A model generated the notes under the pieces. The model saw only the letters and a program-made list of their open reading frames with translations, was not told the DNA's origin and searched no databases. A program made the position numbers and the translations under genes. From Neoconidiobolus thromboides FSU 785 (taxonomy: Eukaryota; Fungi; Entomophthoromycota): a stretch of 64,000 nt of DNA. The stretch is from NCBI GenBank assembly GCA_025603075.1, contig MU626261.1, positions 124,001-188,000 of the forward strand, given 5' to 3'. This document shows positions 61,853 to 64,000 of the stretch, piece by piece (positions within the stretch are counted from its first letter, which is position 1; the number at the start of each line of letters is the position of its first letter).

Positions 61853-62647
61853 AGAATTGAAGTTAATTAGCTATAGTGAAGTTTTAAAGTAAATAAAATT
61901 TTAAAAAATTGCTTTCACCAAGCTTTGTGGGGAAGCTATGCCTTCCTGTTTCAGAATGTAACTTCTAGATTTTAAATTTATACCATATGAATAGTTTGAG
62001 ATTATTTAATTGAATGTCGGTTAATGTTACATAGTTGAAAATTTGTATTTTATCAAATAATTTTTAGTTATTTAACATATAACCATAAATAATGAAATGC
62101 AAATGATATTTTATCTTTAGAAAGTAAGAGAGCATTCTTCAAGTAAAATTTAGAGAATGCCATTAGTAAGGATAGTATAGCGATTTTGTTGTTAATATAA
62201 CATATATACTTAGCGTAAAAACAGTTATACTTTTTTATAATTTAGCGAATTTAAAACATTTTAGAATGTAAACGTTACCTATAATAAAAGGGATAATTTG
62301 TAAAAAATCTGGGTTGAATATTTACTTTTAATGGTTTATTGATAACTTAAGGTGACAACTACCTTACTATTGTTTTGATATTTGATCGAAACTATTATTT
62401 TTAATACAACGTCAATATATAAGTGCAACATGACTAAGTTCAATCAACTTTTTCACTAGAACATAGCCTGTATTATAGTTCCAACCTCAATAAAATTGTA
62501 TAGAATAACAAACTTAGAATTCTACAAACAATTTATTTTGCTTAAGATAAAAAATTATTAATTTTATAGAAAACAAGCCTATTTAAGTAACAAAACACAA
62601 CTTTGAGTTTAGTGCAGCAAACCTAAAACTAAAAGCTTAGCACAACT

Positions 62648-64000
62648 TTAATTATCAATATCTGCCATATCACTTGTAATGTTCGATCCTGGGTTCCTAA
62701 TTGGTTCAAAGTAAGGGTGTGCCATAGCCTCAGTAGGGGTCAATCTTTCCTATTTAATTTGTCAATTGATGCTTTTTAAAATTTTAAGCGTTTTTACTTG
62801 ATGGTCATAACGGAGTAGCTTGTCTAAATAATCTATCGCTGCATTAGACACTAACTTTTGGTTTTCCGGGGTTATGAACTTGCTCCATGGTTTAAGTGGA
62901 TATCTAATTTGAATTAAGTTATCTTTTAAATGATATTTATGACAAACTTACCTTCCAAGAATTTCATCGTATCTGCGATCAAGCTTAATCTTATATTTAT
63001 CTATGTAATCAAATAATTTTTCAGTTCCTAATACTTTAGCGATTTTGACAAGTTGGTCATAATTATCCGAGCCTATTACATCAATTATTTAACATTATTT
63101 TCAACTTATTTCTATAAATTTCATACCATGAAAGAAAGGCTCTTTACGGAAGATCTACAATTTTTTTAGTATTTAGTTTTAAAAAGAAAAAACTTAATTA
63201 CCATGCTGGCAAGCATACACCCAACACTCCACATATCTAGGGAATAATCATACATTTGGAAATCAACTAAAAGTTCTGGACCTTTAAAATAACGTGAAGC
63301 AACTCTTACATTATATTCCATTTTAGGGTGATAAAATTCAGCAAGACCCCAATCAATAAGACGAAGCTATATCTAATATTAATTATGCCATTAAAATATG
63401 TTATTCTTTACCTTTCTTTTGGAATGGTCAATCATTACGTTATGTGGCTTTACATCTCTATGCATAATACCACGAGAGTGACAGAAATCAAGGGCCTTTG
63501 AAATTCAGTATTTATACAGAAAAAATAAATTGACTCACCTTAAGCAACTCATACATATAATAACGAATATCATAATCGGTGAAAGTACCATAAAGCACTT
63601 TAAAATCAGTATTTGCTACATGTTCAAAAATTAAAGCCGGGGTTTTGGCCTTTAAAAATTAGCATTTAGCATAAATTTTTTGAACCAAAAATTACCGCTG
63701 GGTCCCTAACAATATCCAAAAGCCCAATGATGTTGACTCCACCAGCTAAGTTTTGTAAGATCTTGATCTCCCTCTTAATTTTCTTCTTTTTTACTGGTTT
63801 CAAAACTTTGATAATACATTTTTCTCTTGTATTGGGATTCACTCCTTCAAATACTTCCGAATATTTACCACGGCCTACTTTTTTGCAGATCTCGTAGTTG
63901 TCTTGTTCTCTGAATAGATTTTATAAATAAAGTCACATGTATAATTGGTGGTAACTTACCCCCAACTGATAGCTAAATTTTCATAATCCCAATACTCGTT
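62648..64000 (-). CDS. CKA1: Casein kinase II catalytic (alpha) subunit; 5' end lies outside the window; multi-exon
   Basis: [89 protein letters not shown]|ERLT. Confidence 0.97.

Noticed and set aside
1-64000. U12-type introns, tRNAs, rRNA, CRISPR arrays, telomeric repeats and autonomous transposases
   Set aside because: A visual scan found no RTATCCTT donor at any required junction, no cloverleaf or T-loop motif, no repeat-spacer array and no DDE or RT open frame. tRNAscan-SE and Infernal would be needed to exclude small RNAs formally.

Overview
A 64-kb window of a very AT-rich, gene-dense eukaryotic genome with short (mostly 45-75 nt) GT-AG introns. The gene content is fungal (VRG4-type GDP-mannose transporter, Alr/CorA Mg transporter, SREBP, DUF2011, Pho85-type cyclin) and also includes animal-like genes that yeasts lack (RNF181, DNAJC12, BCKDH E1-alpha, a probable SWSAP1-like gene). 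This points to an early-diverging fungus, possibly Zoopagomycota/Entomophthoromycotina (inference only). I assembled about 25 intact protein-coding genes by hand across introns; most supplied ORFs are exon fragments. Two are partial at the window edges: a phosphopantetheinyl transferase and CK2 alpha. The most notable observations are: (1) an unannotated ~98-bp TIR element family (ATAT|GRGG...CCYC|ATAT) with 11 near-full copies and about 5 fragments, all intergenic, several as inverted pairs; (2) a ~165-nt foldback with a perfect 37-bp core at 60.6-60.77 kb that looks like a milRNA/siRNA precursor, next to a second inverted-repeat element; (3) a 5-kb decay zone (8.3-13.4 kb) holding a dead, divergent PCNA paralogue, a dead copy of the alpha/beta-hydrolase at 43.6 kb and a piggyBac-like MITE; (4) an 8-nt micro-exon that encodes the catalytic Asp and Lys of an FHA-domain kinase; (5) a secreted GMC oxidoreductase with a DPF-repeat tail. 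I found no tRNA, rRNA, CRISPR array or autonomous transposase. No database searches were run. Family assignments come from recalled motifs, and splice models were built by eye.
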